A stretch of 63,516 bases of DNA, the filler included, from Squatina squatina (lineage: Eukaryota): the NCBI GenBank assembly GCA_031763465.1. It is 4 parts of 4 records of this genome, joined end to end, with 100 filler letters (N's around TTAATTAATTAA, not from the genome) between each part and the next. Parts side by side here need not be neighbours in the genome. Positions count along the whole stretch, not along the records: positions 50,306 to 63,516 come from JARFOE010000036.1; 3 more parts are not named here. One strand, written 5' to 3'. Position numbers and translations under genes: made by a program. Shown in pieces: positions 60,147 through 63,516 of this stretch. How positions within the stretch are numbered: the first letter of the stretch is position 1; every line of letters begins with the position of its first letter. Under the pieces are notes generated by a model, which was given only the letters and a program-made list of their open reading frames with translations, was not told the DNA's origin and ran no database searches.

Positions 60147-60902
60147 GTAAGTGACTGCGCTAGCAAATTCCTTCATTCATATTTATTTGCACTTTATTGT
60201 ATGCGAGAATGACGGGTAGATGGGAGAGTGGCAGGTGGGTGCGAGAATTCTGGTGTTGAGGTGGGAGGAGAAAAAGTATTTGCTGAGAAAGGGAATTTTG
60301 TTATTGGATTTTACGCACAGTAATAGCCTCTACCATGTCCCTGGCCCTTCATCAGCTGGAAAGCCAATTGTCCAGCAGCTGGGAAATGATGATTCATTCT
60401 CCGACTTTCCAATGTAAGCCTAGTCCTCTCCATAAACGTCATCGCTAATGCTGCTCTATCTTCAGCTCTCCCGAGGCTTTGCTCTGGGTATGTTGTCAGT
60501 TGTGTCCTTTAAGTCAGGCTGCTGCCCCCATGTGGGGAGCCCTGAATGATTGGGTTAGCCCACTACTAACGAAGGTCACTGTCGGCAAGCCTGGCAGATG
60601 CTGTCATCCACCCAAGTCTGGGAATTGAAACCTGTCACCAGATCACTTAAAGTCAGATTGTCAGGGGAGTTATGTGGTGTAGTTGTCATTACGAGAGGCG
60701 AGCTAGCCAGGTCAATTTGGGTGTTTCACAGTAATCTACCCTGTATCTCAGTGTTGATTGTAGATTGAACAGTTTACTATCTCCACATTGGAACCACTCA
60801 TTGCCCAGTGCAGACCCTATCTAAAGTTAACCAGTGATTGGGATGTAGCTGCTCAAACCCTTTTGATTAAACTAACAACGGTTTTTCTGCCGTTCACTGT
60901 AG

Positions 60903-61052
60903 ATTTCTGAAAACTTCTACTTCGATTTGAATTCTGACCAAATGAAGGGCTTGCTCCGCCCTCACATCCCCCATGCTGCTATATCGACATTGGCCAGGTC
61001 TACCATCTTCTCTATAACGTATCCTTCCACTGACATATTCCTAGTAATTAAG
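60903..61052 (+). CDS. DOCK6: DOCK6 exon
   Basis: TAG|[50 protein letters not shown]|GTAAGG; 150 nt; splices in frame to the previous exon. Confidence 0.95.
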
Positions 61053-61233
61053 GTAAGGACTGAGCCTCCCTGTGAAATAATGTCATTATTTTCTTCATAT
61101 TCCCTTTTGAGATGTAGATTTAAACTTGTTGGATTGACCTTGATTGAGTTTGCACTCCCTATTTGAAGTTGCTGATCTTTCTTGGTGTATTCAATTTGGA
61201 ACAGTCCTTACTTTGTGCTTCTTCCCAATGCAG

Positions 61234-61314
61234 CTTGAAAAAGTTCTGCAGCAGGGTGACATTGGGGAGTGCGCTGAACCCTACATGGTTATGAAGGAGT
61301 CTGATTCCACTAAG
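61234..61314 (+). CDS. DOCK6: DOCK6 exon
   Basis: CAG|[27 protein letters not shown]|GTGAGC; 81 nt. Confidence 0.95.
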
Positions 61315-61659
61315 GTGAGCAAAGTACACTCCTTCAGTCGCTCAAGAGAATTCTTAGTGTCATTTATCTGCTCCTGTAAACTTCACTGTGAGAATGAATG
61401 CTATCTCAGTATATTGCTAATGATGTAATGGTTTTTGATCAGCAGCGAGGCCGAGAATGGGACCTGAACTGGTGGCGAATCACAGCATAATCCCACGTTC
61501 TGTCACTGCATGATGCCTTTGTAATACTTGGTGTAGTCATGTGGATAGTTGCTAAATGCTCACCTTGATATAATGCACATTTACAGCATCACACTGTTGC
61601 TTCCAGGCCCTCTTCTAGCATGTCTCAGTTTGGCTCTGTTTGCAGCATTCGCCTCTGCG

Positions 61660-62000
61660 TCGGGAGCTGATGGGTTCAAAGCCCAGTTCGATGTGGTACT
61701 GACAGAGTGCTGCACTGTCAGAGGTCACCGCCTCACCGGCCTGTTCCAGCAGTTCAGTTGAACGTGAAAGATCCTGTGGCACTATTTAGAGAAGAGCAGG
61801 GAATTCTGCCAGTGTCCTGGCCAACATTCCTCCCTCATCCAGCACTACCCAATGCAGATTAATTATGCATTCATTTCATTCCTATTTGTGGGATTTTGGT
61901 GTGCACATAGTGGCTACTGCATTTACCGTTATAAAACAAGTCACTACTTCATAAGTGAGACATTTCTAAGAGAATGGTGCTTTATAAAATACAGTTCTTT
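61660..62000 (+). mobile_element. Old SacSINE1-like Deu-SINE in DOCK6 intron
   Basis: GGGTTCAAAGCCCA...GTACTGACAGAGTGCTGCACTGTCAGAGGT...GAAAGATCCTGTGGCACTATTTAGAGAAGAGCAGGG. Confidence 0.75.
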
Positions 62001-62184
62001 GTTGTCCTTATAGCTCTCTGCCACTTTTGCATGCTCTCTCCTTTTTTTCTTAATCTGTCTTTATATGTCTGTCTCCCTCTTTCTTCCTCTTGTGCTCTTG
62101 TGCTCTTCCCCTTCCCACTTTCGACGTGTTTCTCTGGAGCTGGCTGTTGAACATACTCTTCCTTTATTTGTCTCGCCTGCGCAG

Positions 62185-62341
62185 CACCAGGAGAAGGTGG
62201 AGAAGTTTAAGAATCAGGCAGAGCAGTTCTGCAACAAATTGGGCAAATTCCGCATGCCCTTTGCCTGGACTGCCATCCACCTCATGAACATCGTGAGCAG
62301 CGCCGGGAGCCTAGAGCGCGATTCCTCAGACTCGGAAAGTG
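62185..62341 (+). CDS. DOCK6: DOCK6 exon
   Basis: CAG|[52 protein letters not shown](G)|GTGAGA; 157 nt. Confidence 0.95.
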
Positions 62342-62457
62342 GTGAGATACTGCATGTNNNNNNNNNNNNNNNNNNNNNNNNNNNNNNNNNNNNNNNNNNN
62401 NNNNNNNNNNNNNNNNNNNNNNNNNNNNNNNNNNNNNNNNNNNNNNNNNNNNNNNNN

Positions 62458-62682
62458 TTCTGGATAAGTTTTTCACTTTGGTGCATGTTCTGGAAGCGTA
62501 TTCATTCCCTTTTCGGCTGAAGGATGTGATCATCACGGAGAATAACGTGGAGACCGAGCTGAAGGCCAGCATAACCAACTTGCGGTCGGCGAGGATGGAG
62601 CCGCTGCTTCACTTCGTGCATCATGTCCTCAACAAACTCATCCTCCTAATTGTGCGGCCTCCTGTTATCAACGGGCAAATAG
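62458..62682 (+). CDS. DOCK6: DOCK6 exon downstream of DHR-1 (5' end in gap)
   Basis: [38 protein letters not shown]...[15 protein letters not shown](G)|GTACGA; [19 protein letters not shown] points to DOCK6 rather than DOCK7/8. Confidence 0.93.
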
Positions 62683-63516
62683 GTACGAGCAGGCTTTCTT
62701 TCCGAAGCCAGTGTNNNNNNNNNNAGCTGCTCCTCATTTATTCTTCCACAGAAAATTTCTCTGTTAAAAACTTGGTGGAGTTTTTATCAATTATAAAGTA
62801 ATGAAACACAAGAGCTTTTAGGGGAGCAGCAAGAGCTGGCAGGATACCACAGCCAAGTGCTGAAATATCCCATCTCCGCAACAAGCCTTGGAAAGGGGGC
62901 AAAAATTTCACAAATAAGATTTTATAAGAAGACTGGGTGTTTTCTTTGAATGAATACTCAAGGAAATGGCTATTATCCTGCCATGTTCTTGAAACCATTT
63001 TCCCACCTGTGCATCATGTCAGGCCACAAACTGTGGACACTTTTACTCTATCCACCAGTGTCATTCTGTGGCTTTAGCTGAAGCACGGCTGATGACTTGT
63101 CTTTCTTTATTCCTGCCTCCTGCTGTCTGGCAGTATGACCTCTCTACAGTGCTGTGCTTCATAGCCTAGCAGAGATTGATGTCCCGCCTGTTGTATTAAC
63201 ATCAGCCAAGCGTAGATTAGTGTTCTGGCACTGCATTGCGAACTGTTGTGACACCAGGTTATACAAGTAGCCTACTTTAGGGGAACTGGCATTATCCATA
63301 GCTTTAGCCCTAACTCCGCCTCTTCTCCAGTTTGCCTGGAACAGGATTTGTCCAGCTGCTTCTTTCACTGTTTTGCTGGCTTTCGTAGCTGCAACTCACC
63401 ACACCTTTTGTGTGCAATATTCAGCGTGCCATTAGTCAGATCTTTGGACTCCTGAGTCCGGAGGCGGAGATCCAAAGTTGACGTCACGATTCAGAAAGTG
63501 ACGCGTGGCAGGGGAG

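Noticed and set aside
26376-62000. tRNA genes suggested by A/B-box motifs (GGCTCAGT...GGTTCAAGTCCC)
   Set aside because: Each continues into the Deu-SINE body; these are SINE heads, not tRNAs
58582-62682. Assignment to DOCK7
   Set aside because: Some segments resemble DOCK7, but [33 protein letters not shown] and linkage with CAMSAP3 favour DOCK6
62752-62797. Possible small exon TTCCACAG|ENFSVKNLVEFLSIIK|GTAATG
   Set aside because: Does not match the next DOCK6 exon (NLGR...), lies beyond a 10-N gap, and has no other support

Overview
This is eukaryotic (vertebrate) genomic DNA, most likely from a shark or other cartilaginous fish. That is an inference from the repeat content: SacSINE1-like Deu-SINEs, abundant CR1 and L2 LINE fragments, Penelope-derived repeats and Harbinger relics. 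The window is not a continuous locus. It consists of short contigs (about 0.3-4 kb) joined by fixed-length 100-N and 10-N gaps and three artificial 44N-TTAATTAATTAA-44N linkers, so gene order and distances are unreliable. About 1-49 kb is intergenic or intronic and rich in transposon relics. Host coding exons are confined to the last 14 kb: the first coding exon of a neuregulin-2-like gene (+, cut by a linker), an unidentified candidate first exon behind a housekeeping-type promoter (+), two CAMSAP3 exons (-) and six DOCK6 exons (+), with canonical splice sites wherever a gap does not cut the exon. I found no prokaryotic-type system, CRISPR array, or true tRNA/rRNA gene, and no clearly novel biological system. 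The best leads are the NRG2-like paralog, two orphan first-exon/promoter candidates, a decayed Penelope-type hammerhead ribozyme, LF-SINE-like copies, and an uninterrupted Harbinger Myb/SANT exon. Family assignments rest on recalled consensus motifs, not on database searches.
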